Part shown: positions 6,830-15,085 of the stretch, in pieces | How the letters are laid out: each line of letters starts with the position of its first letter | Position numbering within the stretch: position 1 is the stretch's first letter | NCBI GenBank assembly: GCA_039831155.1 | Contig: JBDONT010000009.1 | Location: 1 to 64,000 of the forward strand | Length of the DNA: 64,000 nt | Direction: 5' to 3' | Origin: Nautiliaceae bacterium | GTDB lineage: Bacteria; Campylobacterota; Campylobacteria; Campylobacterales; Nautiliaceae | Position numbers and translations under genes: made by a program | The notes under the pieces: model-generated | What the model was told of the DNA's origin: nothing | The model's database searches: none | The model's input: the letters and a program-made list of their open reading frames with translations, nothing else

Positions 6830-9410
6830 GAGGCTTTATTTGGAGAATGTTAACTCTTTTTACGGTGGGTTTGAGATTGATTTTGATAAGTTTGATGGGC
6901 TTTTTTTAATCTCCGGTCCTACCGGCAGTGGTAAAACCACCATAATAGACGCTATTTTGGCAGCTCTTTACAATAAAACCCCACGGCTTAAATCTTCTAA
7001 GTATCTTTTAAACAAACACGCTAAAAATGGAAAAATAATACTTGATTTTGAAATAAAAGGAGAAGTTTATACTATAACCTGGGAAGCTAAGCTTATAAGA
7101 AGAGGCAAAGAGATTGAGTTAAAAAGAAATCTTTATAAGGGAGATAGCCATATAGCGGATTCAAAAGCTATAAAAGAGGAACTTTTAAAACTTATAAAAC
7201 TTGATTTTAACCAGTTTACCAAATCCGTAGTACTGGCTCAAGGTGAGTTTGACGCGTTTTTGAGTGCCGATTCGAATGAGAAAATGAGTGTGCTTGAAAA
7301 GATTTTGAATGTGGAGGAGTTTGAGAAAATTTCTGTTAGGGTTTATAACAAAACCAAAGAGTTAAAAGAAAAAGCGAAAAATATTTTGGATGAGATAAAC
7401 GGTTTAAGGGTCGATGATTTGGATAAATTGTCAAAAGAGTTTGAATCAAAAAGTGAGGAGCTAAAAAGAGTTGATAAAGAGTTATCGGAAATTGACAAAA
7501 CGATTTTGCTTATAAAAGAAAAAGAAAAACTCTTAAAGGATAAAGGAATTTTAAGTGAAGAGATAGAAGAGATAGTTAAAGAGCTTGAAAGTGTGGATTT
7601 TGACGAAGAGGAGTTTTTAGTAAAAAAAGAGGAGTTTTTAAAGAGAAAAAAAGAGTATGAAAAAGAGTGTAAAATCCTTGATGAAGAGATTTTAAAAGAG
7701 AGTAAACTCCAACATCTGAATAAAAACTTAAGCTTAAAAACTAAAGATATCGATTCGGTTTTTTCTCAAATTAAGAAGTTAAAAAAAGAACTTTCTTTTT
7801 TGGAGGCTAAGAAAGATGATTTAAAAAGTGAGATTGAAAAAACAGATTTGAAATTTCATAAAGACAAAGCTCTTGAAAATTTTGACGAGGTAAGTGAGAT
7901 ATTTAGTGAAATCTCTTTTTTAAGGGATGAGTATTTAAAAACCGAAAAAGGAATAAAAGAGCTTAATTTAAAAAAAGAATCCAAAATAAAAGAGTTTTTT
8001 GAACTAAAAAAGAGTCTTGATGAGTTGAAAAAAGAGTTTGAATATTTAGAAGCCAAAACGCTTGTATTAAAGTATGAAAAAGAGAGAAGTGTTTTAAAAG
8101 AAAATACCCCCTGTCCTTTGTGTGGAAATAAAGAACACCCTTTTGTAAAAGACCCTCCCTCAATTGAAAAAGACGTAAAAAAAAGATATGAAAACCTAAA
8201 AAAAACGATAGAGGAAAAAGAGGCTTTTTTAAACGCCGTTGATACGGAAATTAAAAATATAGAAGCGATTTTAAAAAATGAAAACGAAAAACTTTTTGAG
8301 ATTAAAAAAGAGGACGAAAAGTTAAAAGAAAAACTTGATAAATTTTCTTTAAAAGAAGATGAAATAGAACTTTTGCAAAAGAAAAGGGCTCAAAACGAAC
8401 TTTTACAAAAAGAAAAAAACAGACTTGAAAAAGAACTTTTAAAAACGGAGTCGGCTTTTGAGGAAAAAAAAGGGGTTTTAAAAGAAAAAGAGGAATTTTT
8501 AAAAGATTTAAAACTTCAAAAAGAGACTCTTTTAAAAGAGATGGAAAAAATAGATTTAAACATAAAAAATCCTTCTTTGAAAAAAGAGTCGATAAAAAAA
8601 GAGTTTGAAAAAACGGAAAAAGAGTTTTTCAAGTATCAACAAGATATAGAAAAACTCAAAAATAAAATAACTGTGCTTGAGAGTAAAAAGAGCGAAAAAG
8701 AGAAACGTTTAAGAGAGATTGAAAACCGTTTAAAAGAGATAGTCGTAAAAGATGAGGATGTTTTTTCAAAAAAAGAGGAGTTGAGTTTGAAAAAAGACTC
8801 TTTAAATCAGCAACTCGGATATCTGAAAAAAGAGATAGAGGAGATTAAAAGGGATTTTCAAAAAAAAGAGACTCTTTTAAAAGAGTTTGACGAACTTAAC
8901 GGACGTTTAAACCTCTATGAAAAAATAAACTCCAAAATAGGAAGTGCTGACGGAAAGTCGTTTAAAAGAATAGCTATTAATTATATGATGGACTCTTTGC
9001 TTTTTATGGCTAATGAAGAGCTTTTTAAACTTAGTGAGGGCAGGTATGTTTTGGAGAAGTCGGAAAATTTGGAAAAGCTTGATTTGTTTGTAACGGATAC
9101 GTTTTATTCCAGCAAAAGAGAAGTGAATACTTTAAGTGGCGGAGAGAAGTTTTTGGTCTCTTTGGCTTTGTCTTTTGGGCTTAGTAATATGTTAAGAGAC
9201 AGCGTTAAGATTGAAAATATGTTTTTGGATGAAGGGTTTGGGAGTTTGGATGAGAGAAGTTTGAATAGGGCGTTGGAAGTTTTGATGAGTGCGAATAAAG
9301 GAAGTATAGGTATAATCTCTCACGTTGAAAAATTAAAAGACGAAATCGATAAAAAGATTTTGGTGAAGAAAAAATCGGGAGGTAAAAGTTTTATTGAATT
9401 TATTGTTTAA
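6819..9410 (+). CDS. sbcC: Exonuclease SbcCD subunit C (Rad50-like ATPase)
   Basis: GPTGSGKT Walker A, LAQGEF, CPLCG Zn hook, LSGGE, FLDEGFGSLD, ISH; long coiled coil. Confidence 0.95.
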   Translation: MKIKRLYLENVNSFYGGFEIDFDKFDGLFLISGPTGSGKTTIIDAILAALYNKTPRLKSSKYLLNKHAKNGKIILDFEIKGEVYTITWEAKLIRRGKEIELKRNLYKGDSHIADSKAIKEELLKLIKLDFNQFTKSVVLAQGEFDAFLSADSNEKMSVLEKILNVEEFEKISVRVYNKTKELKEKAKNILDEINGLRVDDLDKLSKEFESKSEELKRVDKELSEIDKTILLIKEKEKLLKDKGILSEEIEEIVKELESVDFDEEEFLVKKEEFLKRKKEYEKECKILDEEILKESKLQHLNKNLSLKTKDIDSVFSQIKKLKKELSFLEAKKDDLKSEIEKTDLKFHKDKALENFDEVSEIFSEISFLRDEYLKTEKGIKELNLKKESKIKEFFELKKSLDELKKEFEYLEAKTLVLKYEKERSVLKENTPCPLCGNKEHPFVKDPPSIEKDVKKRYENLKKTIEEKEAFLNAVDTEIKNIEAILKNENEKLFEIKKEDEKLKEKLDKFSLKEDEIELLQKKRAQNELLQKEKNRLEKELLKTESAFEEKKGVLKEKEEFLKDLKLQKETLLKEMEKIDLNIKNPSLKKESIKKEFEKTEKEFFKYQQDIEKLKNKITVLESKKSEKEKRLREIENRLKEIVVKDEDVFSKKEELSLKKDSLNQQLGYLKKEIEEIKRDFQKKETLLKEFDELNGRLNLYEKINSKIGSADGKSFKRIAINYMMDSLLFMANEELFKLSEGRYVLEKSENLEKLDLFVTDTFYSSKREVNTLSGGEKFLVSLALSFGLSNMLRDSVKIENMFLDEGFGSLDERSLNRALEVLMSANKGSIGIISHVEKLKDEIDKKILVKKKSGGKSFIEFIV

Positions 9411-9485
9411 ATGGTAAAACTTTAGTTTATCAGACTTAGAAAAATTGAATTAATTTTGGTATAATTAACGAAAAAAGGAGTGTGG

Positions 9486-10634
9486 ATGAGGAAGTTTGTT
9501 TCGATTGTAGCGGCTGCTAGTTTAGTGGCATTTATAGCCGGATGTGGTAAAAAAGAAGAAAAACAAAAAGAGATAAAAGTAGGTATTTTGCAACCTCTAA
9601 CGGGACCTATTGCTAATTTCGGTCAAAAAACTCTTGACGGGATTAAAGTCGTTTATGATAAATACAACACTTTACCGGACGGGACTAAAATTAAACTGGT
9701 TGAGGTTGATAATCAGTTTGATAAGGTACAAAACGTAAACGGATATCAAAGACTTGTAAGTAAAGAAAACGTAATTGCAGTTGAAGGGCCTTTAGCTTCT
9801 AGTATGGCAAAAGCGGTAAAAAGATTTGCGGAAAAATCAAAAACTCCGACCGTTGTTCAGATAGCTACGAATCCGGACGTTACAAAAAATACAAAATATA
9901 TGACAAGGGCGTGTTTTACGGATGATTTTCAAGGGAAAGTGGGAGCAGTTTATGCAATTAAAAACGGATATAAAAAAGCTGTAATTTTATTTGATGCGGC
10001 TCAAGATTATTCAACGGGACTAAAAAAAGAGTTTGAAAAAGAGTATAAAAAAGACGGAGGAAAAATCTTAGCGGTTCTTCATATCAATACGGGAGATAAA
10101 GACTTTAACGCTCAAATAGCACAGATTAAAAGATTAAACCCGGATATTGTTTATGCACCTATTTATGCTCCGGAAGGTGGGCTTTTTGTAAAACAGCTTA
10201 GGGAAAACGGAGTAAAAGCACCGGTACTAGGAGGAGACGGACTTGCCGATGTTTCTCAAATGACAAAACTTGCCGGAAAAGCAGCAAACGGGGTTATGTT
10301 TACCGACCATTTCGATGCTCAAAAACCGCCTACGAATCTTTCAAAAGAGTTTATTAAAGAGTTTGAAAACAAATATCACAGAGTTCCTAGTGCATTTGCG
10401 GCAACCGGGGCTGACGGGTATATTTTAATTTACAACGCACTAAAAACTTGTGATAAAAAACACGATTTAACAAAAGAGTGTGTAAACTATGAAATAAGAC
10501 ACGCAAAAAATGTAGAGGCAGTTACCGGAAATCTTACAATTGACACTAAAACAGGAAATCCAATCAACAAACCGGCGGTTATTAAAAAAATCGAAGGAGG
10601 AAAGGCTGTATTTGTGGAGTTGGTTCAGCCTTAA
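9486..10634 (+). CDS. livJ: Branched-chain amino acid ABC transporter substrate-binding lipoprotein (LivJ/K family)
   Basis: Lipobox IAGC; IKVGILQPLTG; RACFTDDFQG; precedes livHMGF. Confidence 0.9.
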   Translation: MRKFVSIVAAASLVAFIAGCGKKEEKQKEIKVGILQPLTGPIANFGQKTLDGIKVVYDKYNTLPDGTKIKLVEVDNQFDKVQNVNGYQRLVSKENVIAVEGPLASSMAKAVKRFAEKSKTPTVVQIATNPDVTKNTKYMTRACFTDDFQGKVGAVYAIKNGYKKAVILFDAAQDYSTGLKKEFEKEYKKDGGKILAVLHINTGDKDFNAQIAQIKRLNPDIVYAPIYAPEGGLFVKQLRENGVKAPVLGGDGLADVSQMTKLAGKAANGVMFTDHFDAQKPPTNLSKEFIKEFENKYHRVPSAFAATGADGYILIYNALKTCDKKHDLTKECVNYEIRHAKNVEAVTGNLTIDTKTGNPINKPAVIKKIEGGKAVFVELVQP

Positions 10635-10640
10635 CTCCTC

Positions 10641-10685
10641 TTTGTGATTTTTTAAGGGTTATATAAATCTTTAGGAAATCACAAA
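10641..10685 (+). other. Intergenic RNA hairpin (20-bp stem including G-U pairs) between binding protein and permease genes
   Basis: TTTGTGATTTTTTAAGGGTT-ATATA-AATCTTTAGGAAATCACAAA pairs fully only with G-U wobble on the + transcript. Confidence 0.7.
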
Positions 10686-10695
10686 AAGGGTAAAA

Positions 10696-11604
10696 ATGGA
10701 GTTTTTTATTCAGCAGCTTATAAACGCGTTTTCGCTTGGAAGTATGTACGCTTTAATTGCCATCGGGTATACGATGGTTTATGGGGTTTTGAGACTTATT
10801 AACTTTGCTCACGGAGACTTTATGATGGTGGGTGCTTTTTTGGTTTACCTTTTTATCGCTTTGTTGAAGCTTAATTTTTTCGTAGCCGTAGGATTTTCTA
10901 TAGTGTTTACAGCACTTATTGGGGTTTTGAGTTACAAAGTGGCTTATAAGCCTCTTTTGGATAAGGACGCTCCTAAAATTTCTCTTTTAATTACGGCTAT
11001 TGGGATTTCGTTTTTTCTAGAGTCTTTGTTTAATCTCCTATCAAATCAGCTGGTAGGAGAAAATACTTTGGCTTTTATGGCTCCAGGATTTTTTTCAAAT
11101 AGAATAGAAATAGGAGGGGTCGGATTTTCGGTTTTAAATGCGATAGTGCCCCTACTTACTCTTTTGATTTTGGGTGGAGTGTTGTTTATTCTTTACAAAA
11201 CAAAAATAGGAATAGCTATTAGGGCTTTGGCTTTTGATATTTCTACGGTAAAACTTATGGGGGTTGATTCTAATAAAATAATAGCTTTCGTGTTTGCACT
11301 TGGGGCTTCTTTAGCTGCTTTAGGAGGGATTTTATATGCAATTGCCTATCCTAGTATAAGTCCTTATATGGGGCTTATGATAGGACTTAAGGCTTTTGCC
11401 GCGGCGGTTGTAGGAGGTATAGGTAGCGTAACGGGTGCCGTGATTGGTGGTTTTATTTTGGGTATTGTAGAGATTTTAATTCCCGGGTTTTTCCCTTCTC
11501 TTGGAGGGTATAAAGACGCTTTTGCTTTTATATTGTTAATTTTTGTTTTACTGTTTAAACCTACGGGTATTATGGGAATAGACTTTGAAAAGAAAAGGTT
11601 TTAA
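10696..11604 (+). CDS. livH: Branched-chain amino acid ABC permease LivH
   Basis: GSMYALIAIGYTMVYGVLRLINFAHG; KAFAAAVVGGIGS. Confidence 0.95.
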   Translation: MEFFIQQLINAFSLGSMYALIAIGYTMVYGVLRLINFAHGDFMMVGAFLVYLFIALLKLNFFVAVGFSIVFTALIGVLSYKVAYKPLLDKDAPKISLLITAIGISFFLESLFNLLSNQLVGENTLAFMAPGFFSNRIEIGGVGFSVLNAIVPLLTLLILGGVLFILYKTKIGIAIRALAFDISTVKLMGVDSNKIIAFVFALGASLAALGGILYAIAYPSISPYMGLMIGLKAFAAAVVGGIGSVTGAVIGGFILGIVEILIPGFFPSLGGYKDAFAFILLIFVLLFKPTGIMGIDFEKKRF

Positions 11605-12615
11605 ATGAGTGTGAAAAAGTATTTCGGTTTAATTGCTTTAATTACCGTTTTGTATGTGGCGTTTTTGTTTTTGACAAACGCTTCTTTGGATTTTTATACC
11701 ATAACCGTTCTTAGTAATATCTATATTTTTGTAATTTTAGCAGTAAGTTACAACCTCATAAACGGGGTTACCGGGCAGTTTAGCCTTGAGCCTAACGGTT
11801 TTGTAGCGATAGGAGCGTATGTAACGGCTCTTTTGATTTTAACTCCCGGCGAAAAATTTGACACTTTTACACTTGCAAAACCACTTGATTTTATAGCCGC
11901 TATTCATATTGGTAATCCTTACTTGGTGCTTTTAATAAGTGGGGCGGTGTCTTCTCTTGTGGCACTTACCCTTGCTTTTCCGGTTTTTAGGGTAAGAGGA
12001 GATTATTTGGCTATTGTAACTCTAGGATTTGGGCTTATTATCAGGTTTATTCTTATAAACAATCCTCAAATTTCAAACGGTTCTAGTGGGATTAGCGGCA
12101 TTGATGATTTTGCAAATTATATTATGGTTGGGGTTGTTGCTTTAATAACCGTTATTTTGGTTTATAATATAGTTTATTCAAAATTCGGTAGAGCCATGAA
12201 AGCCGTAAGAGACGATGAAGACTCGGCACTTGCTATGGGAGTTAATACGATGAAAATAAAAACTTTGGCTTTTGTTAGTTCTGCGTTTTTTGAGGGAATG
12301 GCCGGAGGACTTCTTGCAAGTTCCATAGGTTCTATTTCACCGGATCAGTTTTCGTTTATGTTAACTTTCCAGCTACTTGTAATTATCGTCCTTGGTGGGC
12401 TTGGAAGTATCAGTGGAAGTATTATCGCTACGTTTTTAGTGATGGGAGGAATGGAAGTTTTAAGAGTGCTTGATGATAGAAACTTTGAATTTTTAGGACT
12501 TCACGGGGTACCCGGGCTTAGAATGGTCGTATTTAGCGTGCTTTTAATCGTTATTATGATTTTTGCCAGAAGAGGGCTTTTGGGAGATAAAGAGATTTGG
12601 GAGTTTAAAAAATGA
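11605..12615 (+). CDS. livM: Branched-chain amino acid ABC permease LivM
   Basis: RGDYLAIVTLGFG; GRAMKAVRDDE; VLGGLGS. Confidence 0.95.
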   Translation: MSVKKYFGLIALITVLYVAFLFLTNASLDFYTITVLSNIYIFVILAVSYNLINGVTGQFSLEPNGFVAIGAYVTALLILTPGEKFDTFTLAKPLDFIAAIHIGNPYLVLLISGAVSSLVALTLAFPVFRVRGDYLAIVTLGFGLIIRFILINNPQISNGSSGISGIDDFANYIMVGVVALITVILVYNIVYSKFGRAMKAVRDDEDSALAMGVNTMKIKTLAFVSSAFFEGMAGGLLASSIGSISPDQFSFMLTFQLLVIIVLGGLGSISGSIIATFLVMGGMEVLRVLDDRNFEFLGLHGVPGLRMVVFSVLLIVIMIFARRGLLGDKEIWEFKK

Positions 12616-13379
12616 TAGAGCTTAAAAACGTCACTATGAAATTCGGAGGGGTTGTTGCGATAAATAATCTCTCTTTTAAAGTCTCTTTGGGAGAGACTTT
12701 TGGGCTTATAGGACCTAACGGAGCCGGGAAAACGACGGTTTTTAATATAATTACCGGGCATTATAAACCTACAAGCGGAAAAGTTTTTTTTAAAAACGAA
12801 GATATTACGGGTAAGAGTCCAGATTATATAGTAAAGCTAGGGATTGCAAGAACGTTTCAGAATATTAGGCTCTTTGGCAGTATGAGTGTACTTGAGAATG
12901 TGCTTATAGGGTTTCATAACCATATGGATTATAACTTTTTTGAAGCTCTGTTTAGATTTCCTAAATTTTTTAAAGAAGAGGAGAGGTTTAAAAAAGAGGC
13001 TTTATTAATTCTTAAAATTTTAGGACTTGAAAAAAAGGCTAATTACAAAGCTACATCCCTTAGTTACGGCGAACAGAGAAAAGTCGAAATAGCCAGGGCT
13101 CTTGCGACGAGTCCTTCACTGTTGTTGCTTGATGAACCGGCAGCCGGGATGAACCCTAAAGAATCGGATGAACTTGCTAATATTTTGGATATTATTAAAA
13201 AAGAGTTCGATTTGACAATTTTACTTATAGAACACGATATGAAGTTTGTTCAAAAAGTATGTAACAGAGTACTGGTGCTTGATTACGGAAAAACGATATT
13301 TGAGGGTAAACCTAGTGATATGTTAAAAGATGAAAAAGTTATAAAAGCTTATTTAGGAGATTTTGATGTTGAGAGTTAA
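12612..13379 (+). CDS. livG: ABC ATP-binding protein LivG
   Basis: GPNGAGKTT, RTFQNIRLF, LSYGEQR, LLDEPAAG. Confidence 0.95.
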   Translation: MIELKNVTMKFGGVVAINNLSFKVSLGETFGLIGPNGAGKTTVFNIITGHYKPTSGKVFFKNEDITGKSPDYIVKLGIARTFQNIRLFGSMSVLENVLIGFHNHMDYNFFEALFRFPKFFKEEERFKKEALLILKILGLEKKANYKATSLSYGEQRKVEIARALATSPSLLLLDEPAAGMNPKESDELANILDIIKKEFDLTILLIEHDMKFVQKVCNRVLVLDYGKTIFEGKPSDMLKDEKVIKAYLGDFDVES

Positions 13380-14061
13380 AGGGCTTGAGGTAAAATACGG
13401 TGTGATTGAAGCCGTTAGAGGGATTGATTTTGAGGTGGGGGTTGGAGAGATTGTGACTATTATAGGAAGCAACGGAGCCGGGAAAACTTCTACATTAAAC
13501 GCTATTATGAATTTAGTTCAGAAAAAAGGGGAGGTTGAGTTTTTTGAGAGTGACATCTCAAAACTCCCTACCGATAAGATAGTAAAAAGAGGACTTGCTT
13601 TAGTACCGGAGGGTAGGAAAATTTTTATAAATTTAACGGTTGATGAAAATCTGGATATCGGAGCTTACAACAACGAAGAAAACAAAGACGAATTAAAAGA
13701 GAAAATGTATGAGCTTTTTCCAAGACTTAAAGACAAAAAAAATCAGTTCGGAATGAATTTAAGCGGGGGAGAGCAGCAGATGTTGGCAATAGCTAGGGCT
13801 TTGATGAGTGAGCCTAAAATGCTTATGCTTGATGAGCCTTCTTTAGGGCTTGCCCCGAAAATCGTAATGGATGTTTTTGAAATTATAAACAGATTAAGAG
13901 AAGATGGGATTACTATTTTGCTTATCGAGCAAAACGCCTCTTTAGCTTTAAAAAATTCCGATTACGGGTATGTAATGGAAAACGGTAAAATCGTTTTAAA
14001 AGACAAATCAAGCAATCTTTTAAATAATGAAGAAGTTATTAAGAAATATTTGGGTGGTTAG
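13366..14061 (+). CDS. livF: ABC ATP-binding protein LivF
   Basis: GSNGAGKT, VPEGR, LSGGEQQMLAIARAL, LDEPSLGLAP. Confidence 0.95.
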   Translation: MLRVKGLEVKYGVIEAVRGIDFEVGVGEIVTIIGSNGAGKTSTLNAIMNLVQKKGEVEFFESDISKLPTDKIVKRGLALVPEGRKIFINLTVDENLDIGAYNNEENKDELKEKMYELFPRLKDKKNQFGMNLSGGEQQMLAIARALMSEPKMLMLDEPSLGLAPKIVMDVFEIINRLREDGITILLIEQNASLALKNSDYGYVMENGKIVLKDKSSNLLNNEEVIKKYLGG

Positions 14062-14570
14062 AGTTTAAAGAGGTCGTTTTGATAATATTTAAAATCACTA
14101 AATTTAGGTTCTTTTTCTTCTCTAAACGCGTCTCTTAAAAGCATTAAAAGTTTCCCTAGGTTGTTTTTGCCTTTTTTTAGGTTTATATCATATCCCCAGT
14201 AAGTATCTTTCCAGGTGTTGTATTCGACAATAGGTCATTCTATTCTTGTTAATTTAGGAATTAAATAGGTGTGTTGGTAAAACTTTAATCTAAGTACGTC
14301 AAACATAACTTTTAATTTTATCTCTTCCCAATCGTCTCTTACGGGTAGTTTTCTTGTGATTTTTCTTGCGGTAAAAGGGTTCATTTTCGGGAATCTGTCT
14401 ATATATTCGGGTTTTAAGTTATCAGGAAGTTTTGAGAATTGATACACGTTTTCAGACGCCCTAAAAAATCTTCCTTGATAGAAGATTTTATAAAGACGCA
14501 TATTGCTTAAAAACTCAAATCCTTCCTGGTGAGTAAATATCGTAAAAGGTTTTTGTCTTATTGTTTGCAT
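14058..14570 (-). pseudogene. NADAR (YbiA-like) protein interrupted by one in-frame TGA at 14235-14237
   Basis: FLSN, SENVYQ, DWEEIKLKVM..VLRLKF; after the TGA the same frame continues PIVEYNTWKDTYWG..GKNNLGKLLMLLRD to TAA at 14058. Confidence 0.85.
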
Positions 14571-14899
14571 TTCTTTTCAAACTCTTGGTAAAGTTTTTCG
14601 TTTTCCATACATCCGCTTGCACACACTATTCCTACGGCTTCAACTACTTTTTTTTGAGACTCCTTGCTCATATTCGGGTTTTTTTCTTTTAATTTGGCTA
14701 CGAAAGAAGTCCCGGCAACCAGACCCAGTTGTACGCATTTGTCTTTGTTTTTTGTAATGTTTTCTTTTATAGCTTGTTTTTTACAAAGAGAGTATATTTT
14801 TGCATAAAAGCAAGCCGCATTTTTTGTTGAGTTCATATTGGTATCTTTTGCAAATGAAAAAGATATTGCTACAACTCCTATTAGTAATAATTTTTTCAT
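14558..14899 (-). CDS. Secreted Cys-rich hypothetical protein
   Basis: Signal peptide MKKLLLIGVVAISFSFA; six cysteines; AAGGA RBS. Confidence 0.8.
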   Translation of the reverse strand: MKKLLLIGVVAISFSFAKDTNMNSTKNAACFYAKIYSLCKKQAIKENITKNKDKCVQLGLVAGTSFVAKLKEKNPNMSKESQKKVVEAVGIVCASGCMENEKLYQEFEKKCKQ

Positions 14900-14926
14900 A
14901 TCGTTCCTTTCAAAAAATAAAAAGCG

Positions 14927-15034
14927 TTATTTCGCAAACGCTTTTATGTAGTTTATAACCACTGCTATTGTAAATAACCAAAATCCGCTTACCATTGTAA
15001 TCTCAAGACATTGATGTAGTTGCGGTAATTGCAT
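14927..15034 (-). CDS. Small 35-aa putative membrane peptide (not in ORF track)
   Basis: AAGGAGG RBS 4 nt before ATG; MQLPQLHQCLEITMVSGFWLFTIAVVINYIKAFAK with one hydrophobic helix. Confidence 0.65.
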   Translation of the reverse strand: MQLPQLHQCLEITMVSGFWLFTIAVVINYIKAFAK

Positions 15035-15085
15035 TTTTCCTCCTTTTTTTGTTTATTGTAGCATATATGAAAAAATAAAAAAAGC

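Noticed and set aside
7400-8900. Apparent AAAGAG-type tandem repeats in sbcC
   Set aside because: Explained by K/E-rich coiled-coil coding
14235-14237. Selenocysteine recoding of the NADAR TGA
   Set aside because: Position is not an expected Cys site and no obvious SECIS-like hairpin follows
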